From a virus: a DNA stretch of 64,000 nt. This document shows positions 9,498 to 19,183 of this stretch, one piece after another. The DNA lies in the IMG/VR virus record IMGVR_UViG_3300025401_000022, positions 1 through 64,000 of that record; one strand, written 5' to 3'. The position numbers were made by a program, and so were the translations under genes. The first letter of the stretch is position 1. Every line of letters begins with the position of its first letter. The notes under the pieces were generated by a model, which saw nothing but the letters and a program-made list of their open reading frames with translations, did not search any database and had not been told where the DNA came from.

Positions 9498-11126
9498 ATG
9501 GGCATAACTTCAGAAAATTTATACAACATTATTAATGGCAGTAGTTTGCAAGATAATGCTATGCCATCAAATACTGTAAATTCTCAAAATTTATACAACA
9601 TAATTAAAGGCCCTGCCGTAGAAAAAGAATCTGCGCCTTTAAGTGATGTTTTGTCAAGAGCAGTTACTAATACCCCTAAAAGTGCTTTAGAGTTTGGAAG
9701 AAATATTTATGAGTCTGTAATACATCCACTTGATACTCTTGAGGGCATAGGTCATTTAGTTGTTGGAGCAGGTCATGCATTAAAACCTAAGCATATTGAA
9801 GCTTTTATGCAAAAAGGTGGGTGGGAAGAAAAAGATTTGGAAAAATCCATACAAACAGCTAATGCTGTAGGCGATTTTTATAAAAATCGTTATGGAAGCG
9901 TTGAAGGTTTTAAAGAAGCAGTTGCAACTGACCCTGTAGGTGTTGCAAGTGATTTAGCCACTATTTTGTCTGGTGGAGCAGGATTAGCCAACAAAACTGG
10001 AGTTGTAACTAAGGCTACAGAATTAGCTGGAAAAATGGGTGCATCTCCTGAAGCTTTAGCTACTGCAGGAAAAGTTGCGGAAAATTTAAATCCTGTAACA
10101 GCTACAGGTAATGTAGTATCAGCAGTTGGTAAACCTTTGCTTGGTTCATTAACAGGTGTTGGTTCAGAAAATATCGCAAATGCTGCTAAATCTGGATTTA
10201 TGGGAGATACATCTTTTATAAATCAAAAACGTGGCAATTCACCAATGAACGCACCATTAGATGCAGCACGAGCAAATTTATTGGCTATGCGCCAAAACAA
10301 AAATAATGCTTATCGTTCAGGCATGACAGACATTACTGGCGATAAATCTGTTTTAAGTTTTAATGATATTGATTCCGCTTTGCAAAAAGCAAAAGATTCT
10401 ATTTCTTTCAAAGGAAAAGCTAAAGATGATGTTGCTTTGCAAAATATTGATGAATTATCAAAAGAAATAAATGCTTGGCGCAATCTTAATCCTGCTGAAT
10501 ATCATACTCCTGAAGGTTTAGATGCTTTAAAACAAAGAATTGGCGCAATTACCAATCGCATACCTTATGAAGAAGCAAATTCAAATCGCATAGGTGGCGA
10601 TATTTATAATTCTGTTAAAGATACTATTTCTGCACAAGCTCCTAAATATGCAGAAGTAATGAGTGATTATCATGAAGCTTCTGATGTAATAAAAGAAATT
10701 GAAAAGGCATTGTCATTAGGAAATAAAGCATCTGCCGATACTGCAATACGTAAATTGCAAAGCATCACTAGAAATAACGTTAATACTAATTATGGTCAAA
10801 GATTAACTCTTGCTCAGCAATTAGAAAAAGAAGGTGGCAAACCATTTATTAATGCTTTGTCAGGCCAGGCTATGAGTTCTCCAGTAGCAAGAGGATTAGC
10901 AGGAACAGTAGAAAATTTATCAGCTTTGGGTGGTTTAATTAATCCAACATTATTAGCTGCTATTCCATTCCAAACCCCAAGTCTTGTTGCTGAAGCTTTA
11001 TATGCTGGAGGCAGAGGAGCTAAAGCAATTTCTAATTTATCTAAAAAAACTGGCATTAATCAATCTAGAGGAAATGCTTTAGCTGATTTATTGCAAAATA
11101 TAAATAAACAAAAAGAGGAGCAATAA
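9498..11126 (+). CDS. Putative DNA ejection protein
   Basis: Synteny; Ala/Gly-rich helical protein. Confidence 0.5.
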   Translation: MGITSENLYNIINGSSLQDNAMPSNTVNSQNLYNIIKGPAVEKESAPLSDVLSRAVTNTPKSALEFGRNIYESVIHPLDTLEGIGHLVVGAGHALKPKHIEAFMQKGGWEEKDLEKSIQTANAVGDFYKNRYGSVEGFKEAVATDPVGVASDLATILSGGAGLANKTGVVTKATELAGKMGASPEALATAGKVAENLNPVTATGNVVSAVGKPLLGSLTGVGSENIANAAKSGFMGDTSFINQKRGNSPMNAPLDAARANLLAMRQNKNNAYRSGMTDITGDKSVLSFNDIDSALQKAKDSISFKGKAKDDVALQNIDELSKEINAWRNLNPAEYHTPEGLDALKQRIGAITNRIPYEEANSNRIGGDIYNSVKDTISAQAPKYAEVMSDYHEASDVIKEIEKALSLGNKASADTAIRKLQSITRNNVNTNYGQRLTLAQQLEKEGGKPFINALSGQAMSSPVARGLAGTVENLSALGGLINPTLLAAIPFQTPSLVAEALYAGGRGAKAISNLSKKTGINQSRGNALADLLQNINKQKEEQ

Positions 11127-11671
11127 TGGCCGTCTTACTCTCACCTATTGGTAATGGATTTCAATTCTTTACTACTACAGGCTTGCCTTTGGCTGGTGGC
11201 TTACTTTATAGCTATCAAGCAGGCTCTAGCACTCCTTTGGCAACCTATACTGATTCCACAGGCGCTGTTGCTAACACAAACCCTATTGTTTTAGGAACAG
11301 ATGGCAGACCCCCTTACGAAGTATGGCTTACTTCAGGATATTCCTATAAGTTTGTATTAGCTACGTCTACCAATGCAGTAATTCAGACTTACGACAATAT
11401 CTATCCTATTCCTAATGCATCAACTACAGGTACTACTGTGCCTGCTGGTGCAATTATTATGTGGTCAGGCTCTATTGGTTCTATTCCAAGTGGCTATGTT
11501 ATTTGTAATGGTTCTAATGGCACACCGGATTTAAGGGACTCATTTATTGTAGGCTCAGGCAACAGCTACGGAGTTGGTTCTACTGGTGGCTTTGTCAATA
11601 GCGGAGTTATGACTAGCTCAGGAACAAATATTCCTCTTTACTATTCATTAGCGTTTATTCAAAAGACTTAA
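11126..11671 (+). CDS. Short tail protein (head-binding-like N-terminus plus tail-collar domain)
   Basis: G.PLAGG.LY.Y.AG...NTNPIVL..DGR; PAGAIIMWSG..IPSGY.ICNG.NGTPDLRD collar motif. Confidence 0.7.
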   Translation: MAVLLSPIGNGFQFFTTTGLPLAGGLLYSYQAGSSTPLATYTDSTGAVANTNPIVLGTDGRPPYEVWLTSGYSYKFVLATSTNAVIQTYDNIYPIPNASTTGTTVPAGAIIMWSGSIGSIPSGYVICNGSNGTPDLRDSFIVGSGNSYGVGSTGGFVNSGVMTSSGTNIPLYYSLAFIQKT

Positions 11672-11680
11672 GGTGTTACT

Positions 11681-11911
11681 ATGTCTTTTGATTTTGACCC
11701 TGTGAAATATGGCGTTTTATGGCAAAAGGTAGAAGGTTACGAAGCCAAATTTAATGAGATTTCCAAAAAGCAAGATAAGATGGAATCTCAGTTAGAAGAA
11801 CTAGTAGCACTTGCCAATAAAAGTCGTGGTGGCTTTTGGATGGGCATGGCTATTGTTTCAGGTATTAGCGGATTAATTAGTTTTTTTGCAGGATTATGGC
11901 ATGGAAAATAA
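11681..11911 (+). CDS. Coiled-coil protein with C-terminal TM segment (holin-like)
   Basis: Coiled coil then hydrophobic C-terminus; lysis-region context. Confidence 0.5.
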   Translation: MSFDFDPVKYGVLWQKVEGYEAKFNEISKKQDKMESQLEELVALANKSRGGFWMGMAIVSGISGLISFFAGLWHGK

Positions 11912-12260
11912 TACATTTGATTCAGCAAAAGAAGTAGCTGGTCGTTCTATCGGACAGCATGGATTGGCTTACATTACCGCCATCATTGTCATTTCTGTGG
12001 CAGCTAGTATTTTTCTAGATACCGCCAAGATTGCTGCAGTTATTGGTATGGCTGGCGGTGCAATCATGGCTATCATCAATATGATGAACGCTGTTTCAGG
12101 TACAACTGAAAAAGAAGAAAAGCCTGAATTTACTGTTATTCAGCAGTTAATTGAGAGGCTTGACCATTTAGCCGACAAAGAACCCCCTATGTCTGTTACT
12201 GTAGATGGTGATAAGGTAACAGTTACTAAAGGCTCAGATACTATTACTACCAAAAAATGA
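11901..12260 (+). CDS. Two-TM membrane protein
   Basis: Two hydrophobic segments; lysis region. Confidence 0.5.
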   Translation: MENNTFDSAKEVAGRSIGQHGLAYITAIIVISVAASIFLDTAKIAAVIGMAGGAIMAIINMMNAVSGTTEKEEKPEFTVIQQLIERLDHLADKEPPMSVTVDGDKVTVTKGSDTITTKK

Positions 12261-12499
12261 AACTATTAAAAGACATTTTGACCGAGGACAATAATGAAAC
12301 CTATTGTGCAGCTAGGGTTTGCGCTGTTGCTGCTCTTTTTGGTTTCTTGGCTATTGCTATCATTCATGTTTTACATGGTGGCTCTATGGATTTCTCACAA
12401 CTTGGTGTGGGATTTGGCACAGTTTTGGGTGGCTCAGGTGTCATGATTGGTGCTAAAGCTGCAACTCAAAAGGATGACGATGTTCCCCCTTCCAATTAG
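12257..12499 (+). CDS. Putative holin
   Basis: Two TM segments; similar to 47666..47890; upstream of spanin and endolysin. Confidence 0.55.
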   Translation: MKLLKDILTEDNNETYCAARVCAVAALFGFLAIAIIHVLHGGSMDFSQLGVGFGTVLGGSGVMIGAKAATQKDDDVPPSN

Positions 12500-12887
12500 T
12501 TCTTATTTAATGATTGGCTTGGCGGTAATTGCTATGGCTGGAGTTGGCTATGGTAGATATGAGCACAATGTTTTTGAAGAATATAAAGCTGAAGAAATTA
12601 AAAATGCCAGAGAAAAAGAACATCAAATGCAAGATGCTACAGACCTAATAAGGAAAGACAAAGATGCTCAAATCAATGCTATTAACAATCAACTTGCTGA
12701 TGCTCTTATCGAGTTGCGGAACAGGCCCAGTAGGACAAACCAAAGTTCCAACAATGGACAAAATGGAACTGGGGCAACCCTTTTTGCCGAGGATGCAGAA
12801 TTTCTTATCAGGGAAGCTACCAGAGCAGACCAAATAAGAACTGCCCTTGATGCTTGTTATAAACAATATGACGAAGTAACTAAATGA
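12480..12887 (+). CDS. Rz-like spanin
   Basis: N-terminal TM plus coiled coil; homologue of 47890..48300 (IRKDKDAQI..INN.LADAL..LR.RPSR). Confidence 0.6.
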   Translation: MFPLPISSYLMIGLAVIAMAGVGYGRYEHNVFEEYKAEEIKNAREKEHQMQDATDLIRKDKDAQINAINNQLADALIELRNRPSRTNQSSNNGQNGTGATLFAEDAEFLIREATRADQIRTALDACYKQYDEVTK

Positions 12888-13480
12888 CCAATGAACAATT
12901 ACAAGCCCTTGGCATTGATGCTAAGTGGCTGCAACCTTTAAATGATACTTTTGCCAAATATGGCATTGATACTTCAAAGCGACAAGCTGCATTTATAGGA
13001 CAAGCACAACATGAGTCCAACAACTTTAAAACCCTTGAAGAAGGACTTTCCTACTCAGCTCCTAGACTTATGGCTGTTTGGCCCAGTAGATTTCCTAGTC
13101 TGGATGTGGCTAATCAATATGCGAATAATCCTGAAAAATTAGCTAATAAGGTTTATGGCGGTAGAGCAGACCTTGGTAATACAGAAGATGGTGATGGGTT
13201 TAAATTTCATGGCAGAGGCATTTTTCAGCTTACTGGGCGGTCTAATGTGACTGTCTGTGGCAATGCCTTAGGACAACCCTTTGCGGAGCATCCTGAGCTT
13301 CTTTTAGAGCCTGAATGGGCTTGCCTATCCGCAGGATGGTATTGGAATCGAAAGCAGTTAAATTTATTGGCTGACGATGAAAACTGGGAAACCATGACTA
13401 AGCGGATTAATGGCGGTACAGTAGGCTTAGATGACCGGATAAACCGCATCCATAAAGCAATCGATATTTTAGGGTCTTAA
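12884..13480 (+). CDS. Endolysin, glycoside hydrolase family 19
   Basis: AAFIGQ..HES, GDG.KF.GRG.FQLTGR.N, TKRINGG..GL.DR motifs. Confidence 0.9.
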   Translation: MTNEQLQALGIDAKWLQPLNDTFAKYGIDTSKRQAAFIGQAQHESNNFKTLEEGLSYSAPRLMAVWPSRFPSLDVANQYANNPEKLANKVYGGRADLGNTEDGDGFKFHGRGIFQLTGRSNVTVCGNALGQPFAEHPELLLEPEWACLSAGWYWNRKQLNLLADDENWETMTKRINGGTVGLDDRINRIHKAIDILGS

Positions 13481-13486
13481 AAAAGT

Positions 13487-13576
13487 AGGGCATCAATTTG
13501 GCAACTGCTATCTGTAAGGTCGAAAGCCTAAAAAGCCCTTACTTGTTGCATCCTTGACTGTAGGCTTAACTGCCCT
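13487..13576. ncRNA. Candidate pseudoknotted structured RNA between convergent genes
   Basis: Nested complementary pairs AGGGCA/TGCCCT, TCAA/TTGA, GCAAC/GTTGC, GTAAGG/CCTTAC, plus crossing AAGCCTA (13524-30)/TAGGCTT (13561-67). Confidence 0.55.
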
Positions 13577-13584
13577 TAAGAGGA

Positions 13585-13770
13585 TTACTTTTTCTTTTTA
13601 TGCTTGAGGTTTAATGCAAGCTCTATGGTGTATTTTAGGGCTTCCCATTCACCTCTTTGCATAACAACCGGAATTAACTCTTGTTGCTTATCAATTTCAG
13701 CAAACTTCTTAGTCAAATATTCAGCCATTGCTTCTTGCTCTTTTCTGGTCTGAATTTTCTCTTTTTTCAT
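13585..13770 (-). CDS. Hypothetical protein
   Basis: Part of a coupled minus-strand gene run. Confidence 0.55.
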   Translation of the reverse strand: MKKEKIQTRKEQEAMAEYLTKKFAEIDKQQELIPVVMQRGEWEALKYTIELALNLKHKKKK

Positions 13771-13955
13771 AAAAGCTGAATTAGTTTCTTATTATCTTCA
13801 ACCCAATCTAATGCATTAAACCAAGCATGAGTCCATAAATTAAGGGCTGTAGAGCCTTCATAGAAAAAGTCTGGGTATAAAGCAAAAAAAGCTTCTTCAC
13901 AGTCATCAGATGGCACTTTCATATTGCCACCAAAAGGAATTTTTTCTTCAGTCAT
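13767..13955 (-). CDS. Hypothetical protein
   Basis: ATGA overlap with the next gene. Confidence 0.55.
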   Translation of the reverse strand: MTEEKIPFGGNMKVPSDDCEEAFFALYPDFFYEGSTALNLWTHAWFNALDWVEDNKKLIQLL

Positions 13956-14039
13956 TGTCTTTTCCGATTAAATAAAAAACGATGAAAGCTGTGCCAATCA
14001 TTACTATCGCTGTGAAAAGCATAGTTTCATCGTTTGACA

Positions 14040-14324
14040 TTACATTTTCTTCTTTTTAATACCTTCAGCCCTGCGTAGGTCATGGCTGTGTAGTTTTTTG
14101 CCCACAGACTTGGGAACTTCGCCAGCTTTCTCGGCTACTTTGGCAGCTACTTTCCTAGTAACAATACGACCATTGGAAAGCTCAAACTCGTGTTTAGCGT
14201 GTTTAGCCTGTTTGCCTTCACCTTTTTTAAGCTCTTGATGACTCCAGGCTTTGCTTGGAGCAACAACAACTTTTCCAGACTTCTCTTTGATTGCTGGCAC
14301 AAGCACTTTTAGCTTAGTTCCCAT
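14040..14324 (-). CDS. Basic hypothetical protein
   Basis: Lys-rich; coupled to the upstream ORF. Confidence 0.55.
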   Translation of the reverse strand: MGTKLKVLVPAIKEKSGKVVVAPSKAWSHQELKKGEGKQAKHAKHEFELSNGRIVTRKVAAKVAEKAGEVPKSVGKKLHSHDLRRAEGIKKKKM

Positions 14325-14527
14325 TATTTAATCCTCATAACCTTGGCCTTACGCAAGACCTGTTCATATTGCTCTTTAGCTGTGTCATCAAGGTTTCTTA
14401 AAGGCAAATTTTGGTAATACTTCCACTTGTCTTTGTATTCCTGCAACTCTGATGGCGGAGTCCAGCCAGCAAGCCTCCAACGAATTGTAATGTCAGTTCC
14501 TGCAGCAGTCCAAATATGTTCGTTCAT
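14324..14527 (-). CDS. Hypothetical protein
   Basis: GGAG RBS; operon context. Confidence 0.55.
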   Translation of the reverse strand: MNEHIWTAAGTDITIRWRLAGWTPPSELQEYKDKWKYYQNLPLRNLDDTAKEQYEQVLRKAKVMRIK

Positions 14528-14535
14528 GTCAACTC

Positions 14536-14802
14536 CTAAAAAGGAATATCAGATTCAATATCATTCAAATCAGGCGCTGTGGCTTGAGTTGCTGTTTGTG
14601 TTGGCTTGTCTTCAGGAACATTTAAATAGGCCCACAAAGCGCCTTCTTTTAGCCCTAAAAGCGGAATCATCTCTAGCTTCATCATTAAGTCACCTTTTTT
14701 GGTTTCCGTAACAATTCCAATAGTTTGATAGCGTTTTTTAGCCTCGCCATTTTTATCTGTGTATTCGGACACAGGTGCTTTTACATACCATTTAATTCCC
14801 AT
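14536..14802 (-). CDS. Putative small single-stranded DNA-binding protein
   Basis: Acidic tail ending DIPF; adjacent to the exonuclease. Confidence 0.6.
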   Translation of the reverse strand: MGIKWYVKAPVSEYTDKNGEAKKRYQTIGIVTETKKGDLMMKLEMIPLLGLKEGALWAYLNVPEDKPTQTATQATAPDLNDIESDIPF

Positions 14803-14803
14803 A

Positions 14804-15439
14804 TTAACTTCCCTTCATCAAATTAACTTCTACTTCTACTTCACTCAAAAACTGCTTAATTTCTGTTTCCATATAAACGATAAATTCATTATCCCTTGGG
14901 ACATTTACAATTAAAAGCTGGCTGCGTTCAGGCATACGAGGGTCAAAGCTGACAAAGTCGCACCACTTAGCCCCTGTGCAAGCCATCTGCGCCTGCATCT
15001 GAATAAAGTATTTTTTAGGCGGTTCTTTAGCTTTAAAGTATTCCCAATGCGTAGCAGAGTTAGGACATTTAATTTCTATTAGCCCATCGCCTACTAAACC
15101 ATCAGGCGAGCAACCAAACCATTTAATTGTGGGATGGTCAATAAATGCCACTTGGTCTACAAAGTTATGCGTTGCAACTTCATAAGCAACCCTGGCTTGG
15201 GGTTCTGTTTGAGTACCCCATTCCATTGCGCTGTTGGAGTAAGATTCAGCAATAGAGCCTGTTGTGCGTTGCAAAGCTAGTTCTATAAGGTAATTCTGCC
15301 GACTTGCAGAAGGCCCAGTCTTTGTCTTTGCTAATATGTCGGCAACCCTAGAAGCAGTTACTTTTCCAGCCCTAAGCTGATGCCATTCCGGTGTTCCTTG
15401 TTGCACAGCAACCCTGTCTTCGGTTGTAAAGGTGGTCAT
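14804..15439 (-). CDS. YqaJ/lambda-exonuclease-family nuclease
   Basis: QGTPEW..LR.G.VTAS, SPDGL, IEIKCP, Q.Q.QM motifs. Confidence 0.9.
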   Translation of the reverse strand: MTTFTTEDRVAVQQGTPEWHQLRAGKVTASRVADILAKTKTGPSASRQNYLIELALQRTTGSIAESYSNSAMEWGTQTEPQARVAYEVATHNFVDQVAFIDHPTIKWFGCSPDGLVGDGLIEIKCPNSATHWEYFKAKEPPKKYFIQMQAQMACTGAKWCDFVSFDPRMPERSQLLIVNVPRDNEFIVYMETEIKQFLSEVEVEVNLMKGS

Positions 15440-15666
15440 TTCTCTTGTGCCTTTCTTAGTTGATTCCTATAACATTCAACATGAATTTCTTGTTGGGCAA
15501 GAATTAGTTGTAACTCCTTTATGGTTTCAGCCTGTTCTCTTAGCATTTTTACTGCCGCCTTTACCTCACGATACCTAAAGCCTTTTGTATCCATTGCATC
15601 AGCTAATTCGTAGGCAGTTAATGTCTTGCCTTTAATGCTTTCTTTATGTGCATCATAGTTGTTCAT
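15436..15666 (-). CDS. Hypothetical protein of the 'ELAD...LRKAQEK' family
   Basis: Shares ELADAM, MLR.Q and the C-terminus with 15663..16058. Confidence 0.6.
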   Translation of the reverse strand: MNNYDAHKESIKGKTLTAYELADAMDTKGFRYREVKAAVKMLREQAETIKELQLILAQQEIHVECYRNQLRKAQEK

Positions 15667-15687
15667 TTCTCTTGTGCCTTTCTTAGT
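15436..15687. repeat. 25-bp direct repeat at the 3' ends of two paralogous ORFs
   Basis: TCATTTCTCTTGTGCCTTTCTTAGT at 15436-15460 and 15663-15687. Confidence 0.9.
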
Positions 15688-16058
15688 ATTGCTCTAGCGA
15701 AAAGAATTGCGTATTTGTCCACAGTTTTCATATCAAAATAAGTTTTATACACTTCTTCTATTTCCTCATCTGTTAGTGTCTTTGCTTTCAACGCCTCTAT
15801 TTCAGCTTGATGTAGTTTTATTGCTTCTTTGGCAAAAAGACATTCTTCATCCAAAAGAATATAACTTTCTTCTTCCATTATTAATTTTTCTTTCAACGCT
15901 TCTATTTCAGCTTGTTGCTGGCGTAGCATGGTGGCTGCTTGTTCTAATTGGTCAGCAAGTCTATCATTAGCACCTTCTTGTACGCTTTTACGACTTGTTG
16001 CCTTTCTGCGAATTGACGCACGGATTTCCATTGCATCAGCTAGTTCATTTGCGTCCAT
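15663..16058 (-). CDS. Hypothetical protein of the 'ELAD...LRKAQEK' family
   Basis: Internal QAEIEALK duplication; LTDEEI...FARAILRKAQEK. Confidence 0.6.
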   Translation of the reverse strand: MDANELADAMEIRASIRRKATSRKSVQEGANDRLADQLEQAATMLRQQQAEIEALKEKLIMEEESYILLDEECLFAKEAIKLHQAEIEALKAKTLTDEEIEEVYKTYFDMKTVDKYAILFARAILRKAQEK

Positions 16059-16254
16059 TATTCACCTCATCAATTTTTTCTTGGTAACTACTTGTTCCGG
16101 ACCATTCGTCGTTGATGTACGAGATACACAACGCTTTTAGTCGCTCTATTTCGGCTAGTTGGCTATCAATCAGCTCTTTTACTTTTGGTAGCATTGTGTG
16201 TACTACCGCCAACTGTGTAACGATTCCCTCGTTTGCTATTTGATTTGCGTTCAT
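16045..16254 (-). CDS. Hypothetical protein
   Basis: Coupled gene run. Confidence 0.5.
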   Translation of the reverse strand: MNANQIANEGIVTQLAVVHTMLPKVKELIDSQLAEIERLKALCISYINDEWSGTSSYQEKIDEVNNGRK

Positions 16255-16418
16255 TTGTTTTCCTTTATCAATGGTACACCGCCGGTGTCGCCTTTGAATG
16301 CTTCTTTCTCTGCATAATCCTTGATTGCTTTTTTGAATATAGCGTCCCAGTTATTCTCAAACTGCTCCTTTGGTACGCCTAGTGGGCGACGTGCATCGCC
16401 TTTGCCTCCGTCTCTCAT
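16251..16418 (-). CDS. Hypothetical protein (GGKGD.RRP...F..NWD.IF type)
   Basis: AGGAG RBS before ATG at 16418. Confidence 0.5.
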   Translation of the reverse strand: MRDGGKGDARRPLGVPKEQFENNWDAIFKKAIKDYAEKEAFKGDTGGVPLIKENK

Positions 16419-16419
16419 A

Positions 16420-16668
16420 CTATCTCCTAAACTGTGGTACTGGTTTACGTCTGCCAAATGTTTTGCGAACCTTTAACGCCCATATACTACCGTGTACTTT
16501 GTTGCGCCAGCCTTGATGGGCACGGCGGATCTTTTGCATCTTAAAGCGAGCTTTAATACGCTTTGGCTTATTATAGTAGTCTTGAATAAGCCGCCGCTTT
16601 CCAGCGTCACCAAAGATGACGCCGAACAAGCTACGCTTAATGATGCGTGGAAATCTAAACTTCTTCAT
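16420..16668 (-). CDS. Highly basic (Arg/Lys-rich) protein
   Basis: Start MKKFRF inferred from overlap with the upstream ORF. Confidence 0.45.
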   Translation of the reverse strand: MKKFRFPRIIKRSLFGVIFGDAGKRRLIQDYYNKPKRIKARFKMQKIRRAHQGWRNKVHGSIWALKVRKTFGRRKPVPQFRR

Positions 16669-16804
16669 CTTGTGGTTTGCCATTAAGCGCAAACTGTGCG
16701 TACTGCCACGCTGTATCGCGGACCTCTGAGGGGCTTGCCCCTCTGGCAATGAGGCCCATGGTGGCCGCGCAGGCCAGTGTGAATAGTTGCTCTTCTTGTG
16801 TCAT
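16655..16804 (-). CDS. Small hypothetical protein (MTQEEQLF..., 49 aa)
   Basis: ATG overlaps the primase stop; below the ORF-track cutoff, translated by hand. Confidence 0.45.
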   Translation of the reverse strand: MTQEEQLFTLACAATMGLIARGASPSEVRDTAWQYAQFALNGKPQDEEV

Positions 16805-19113
16805 TAAAATATCTCTCCGTTGTCTAGTCTTTCAATACTGTCAATGTACCTCTGAGCCTTTGAGTTCAGTCGTACGCCCTTATAAATGTGCTGCCGCTGG
16901 CCACCGATGCGCGTGGAGTCCGATTCAACGTGGTGCTCCTGAATCGCCGCCAAGAATCTGCGCTTGAATGACAGCTCGTTGCCCGGCGTGATGCTCTTGT
17001 GCAGAGCCCAGCGCTTGTAGCACGCGAAGATGTCGTCCTTGTTCACGGTGTACTCGGGGCCAATCTCGAGCACGTCGTCGATGAACGAGCCGATCGGATT
17101 ACCAAGTTCGCTCATCAGATCCAAGTACTCTCTGCCCGACTTAGGCTGGATAAAGTTGCCACCGCGTGCCAATCGTCTACGTTGCCCCTCGATCACCCAG
17201 TTAAAGATGCCCGAGAGCTCTGACCTGAGCTTAGATGATAGCGAGGTGTCTTCGTTGTTGTAGAACGACTTGCTCATCTTTAGCACCAGCATGCGCCCAG
17301 TGAGCGCGTTGGAGTTCTCAGTCAGCTGGAGTACCTCGTTGCTGTACACGATTATTCGTGTGGGTAGGTATCCGTTCCATGACTCCTTGTTCTTTCTATT
17401 AACTGTAACAGTGTCGCCGCCAACAATTCTAAGGAGTTGGCTAACAACAGCACTACGGTTACGCTCAGGGGCACGGGCGTCTGTGAAAGAAGCGAGTAGC
17501 TTACCCAGCCAAGGTTGCAGACCAAAAGTATCACACAATTCCTCCAGTTGTGGTGCCACTGTATTGTGTTGGCCTAGTAGGTCAACGAGCACCTTGTTAA
17601 TAGTTCCCTTGCCGCTACGCCTAGGACCGATCACGTTCAAAAACTTCTGCTCTGAGGTGTCCCCTGAGAGTATGTAGCCAAAGTACTCCTGCAGTAGGTC
17701 CTTGCTCTCTTGGTCCTCGCCCCACACGTCGTCCAAGAACTTCATCCACTGTGGGCAGTCCTTAGTGGGGTCGTACTCGAACGGCAGTGAGTTGTACGTG
17801 AAGAATCCCAGTGAGTGCGCAAACAGTACCAGCTGGTCCATCTGAAACAGTCCGTTGACCATGCTGATTAACTTCTCAGCTGGCGGGTTGGACTGCGCGT
17901 AACCGTCTAACCAAACTGGTGGCTTGGTGTTCGGGTCGTTGGCCAAGTGCACGATGGACTTGATCGCGTCAATCGCGGCGTTCACCACTGCAGGGTTGGC
18001 GTTGAACGGCACCAGCGCGCCCTTCTTGTCTAGCTTCTGACACTTGTCCAAGAACTTATACAGCTGGGAGCGCACCGTTGCCTCCTCGATGTTGGTGTAG
18101 TGCGTGCCGGTGTACACGAAGAACTCTTCGGCGTAGTGCACCAGCTTATAGCCATCTTCCACCGTGTACATCGATGACAAAAACTTCCTTGCGTGGTCTA
18201 GCGGGTTGGAGATCTCGAGCACGATCTCTCCGTTGGCCAGAGCCACCTGCAGCTTTTTTTGGTTCACCTTAAATATCAGGGAGCGCAACGTGATGCCCTG
18301 ACCCTTAAAGCTGTTCCACTTCGTCGTGCATGAGTTGATGCCCGTCACGGTGTACTTGTTGGACTGCGCACTCCAGCGCTCCCACGCCTCTAGTGCCTCG
18401 ACGTCCTTGTTAAACTGGTGGTGCAAAGCCATACCCACGTTCTTCCAGTCATCGTAGCCACAGTCAGGGTCCAGCTCTGAGAGTAGCTCCGTTTCAACGC
18501 GGAGCAAATCCCAGCCCTCGACTGGCGGCGTGTAGTTTGCAAAGTCGTCATCTGACTGGCGCATTGCCCGTGGTGGTACGTGCGCAGTGAGGTCCTGAGG
18601 CTCGTTGGGCACGTCGCCTGCAATCTTGTGCCCCGTCATGGTGAAGTAACGGCTCTTAGGATACACCTCCAGCCCGATGGTGTGGTCAACGTGGGCCGAG
18701 TGCAGGTCTGCGCGGGTGAATATCTTGATGCCAGTACCGCTTGGTGACACCTCAACGTAGCCCTTCACGTTGTCCATGATGGACTGTGCTAGGTCGTTTA
18801 GATCACCGCTCTCAGGATCACGGCAATCGTCAATGTCAATGCCAATGAGGTTATCATCCCCAGTAAAAACGAATCCAATACCGTCAAAATTACCATTCTC
18901 GTATGCCTTCTGTGCCGTGAAAAAATCTGTCCAAGTTGCTGGGTTGGTTGATGAGGCAAACTTGCCAGTGCTCTGTACTGGGAGCTTGCTCCACTTTTGC
19001 GACTCACCGTCGCCGACTAGCGTGTACTTCCACAGGCAAAACCGTGGTATGCGCTTCAAGTCGCTCGGTATCGCATTAAAATCTACCTCTAATGCTGGCG
19101 GTTTTTGTAACAT
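16804..19113 (-). CDS. Primase-polymerase / PriCT-2 / SF3 (D5/P4-type) helicase
   Basis: AEP motifs GIGF...IGIDIDDC and YVEVSPSGTG; W..VGMALH...WERWS PriCT-2; Walker A GPRRSGKGT. Confidence 0.88.
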   Translation of the reverse strand: MLQKPPALEVDFNAIPSDLKRIPRFCLWKYTLVGDGESQKWSKLPVQSTGKFASSTNPATWTDFFTAQKAYENGNFDGIGFVFTGDDNLIGIDIDDCRDPESGDLNDLAQSIMDNVKGYVEVSPSGTGIKIFTRADLHSAHVDHTIGLEVYPKSRYFTMTGHKIAGDVPNEPQDLTAHVPPRAMRQSDDDFANYTPPVEGWDLLRVETELLSELDPDCGYDDWKNVGMALHHQFNKDVEALEAWERWSAQSNKYTVTGINSCTTKWNSFKGQGITLRSLIFKVNQKKLQVALANGEIVLEISNPLDHARKFLSSMYTVEDGYKLVHYAEEFFVYTGTHYTNIEEATVRSQLYKFLDKCQKLDKKGALVPFNANPAVVNAAIDAIKSIVHLANDPNTKPPVWLDGYAQSNPPAEKLISMVNGLFQMDQLVLFAHSLGFFTYNSLPFEYDPTKDCPQWMKFLDDVWGEDQESKDLLQEYFGYILSGDTSEQKFLNVIGPRRSGKGTINKVLVDLLGQHNTVAPQLEELCDTFGLQPWLGKLLASFTDARAPERNRSAVVSQLLRIVGGDTVTVNRKNKESWNGYLPTRIIVYSNEVLQLTENSNALTGRMLVLKMSKSFYNNEDTSLSSKLRSELSGIFNWVIEGQRRRLARGGNFIQPKSGREYLDLMSELGNPIGSFIDDVLEIGPEYTVNKDDIFACYKRWALHKSITPGNELSFKRRFLAAIQEHHVESDSTRIGGQRQHIYKGVRLNSKAQRYIDSIERLDNGEIF

Positions 19114-19136
19114 GACTCTCCTCTTTTCTTGCCCTT

Positions 19137-19146
19137 ACTAATACGC
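19137..19146 (-). promoter_or_regulatory. GCGTATTAGT motif upstream of primase-helicase
   Basis: Exact copy of the recurrent intergenic motif, 24 bp before the ATG. Confidence 0.7.
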
Positions 19147-19183
19147 AAATCGGCTGACCTGCGTTTCACATTATGAAATATTG

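Noticed and set aside
16677-19141. Plus-strand ORFs opposite the primase, and similar antisense or alternate-frame ORFs over the early, capsid, fibre and ejection genes
   Set aside because: Shadows of well-supported genes with no RBS or motifs; repeats and codon bias explain the lack of stops.
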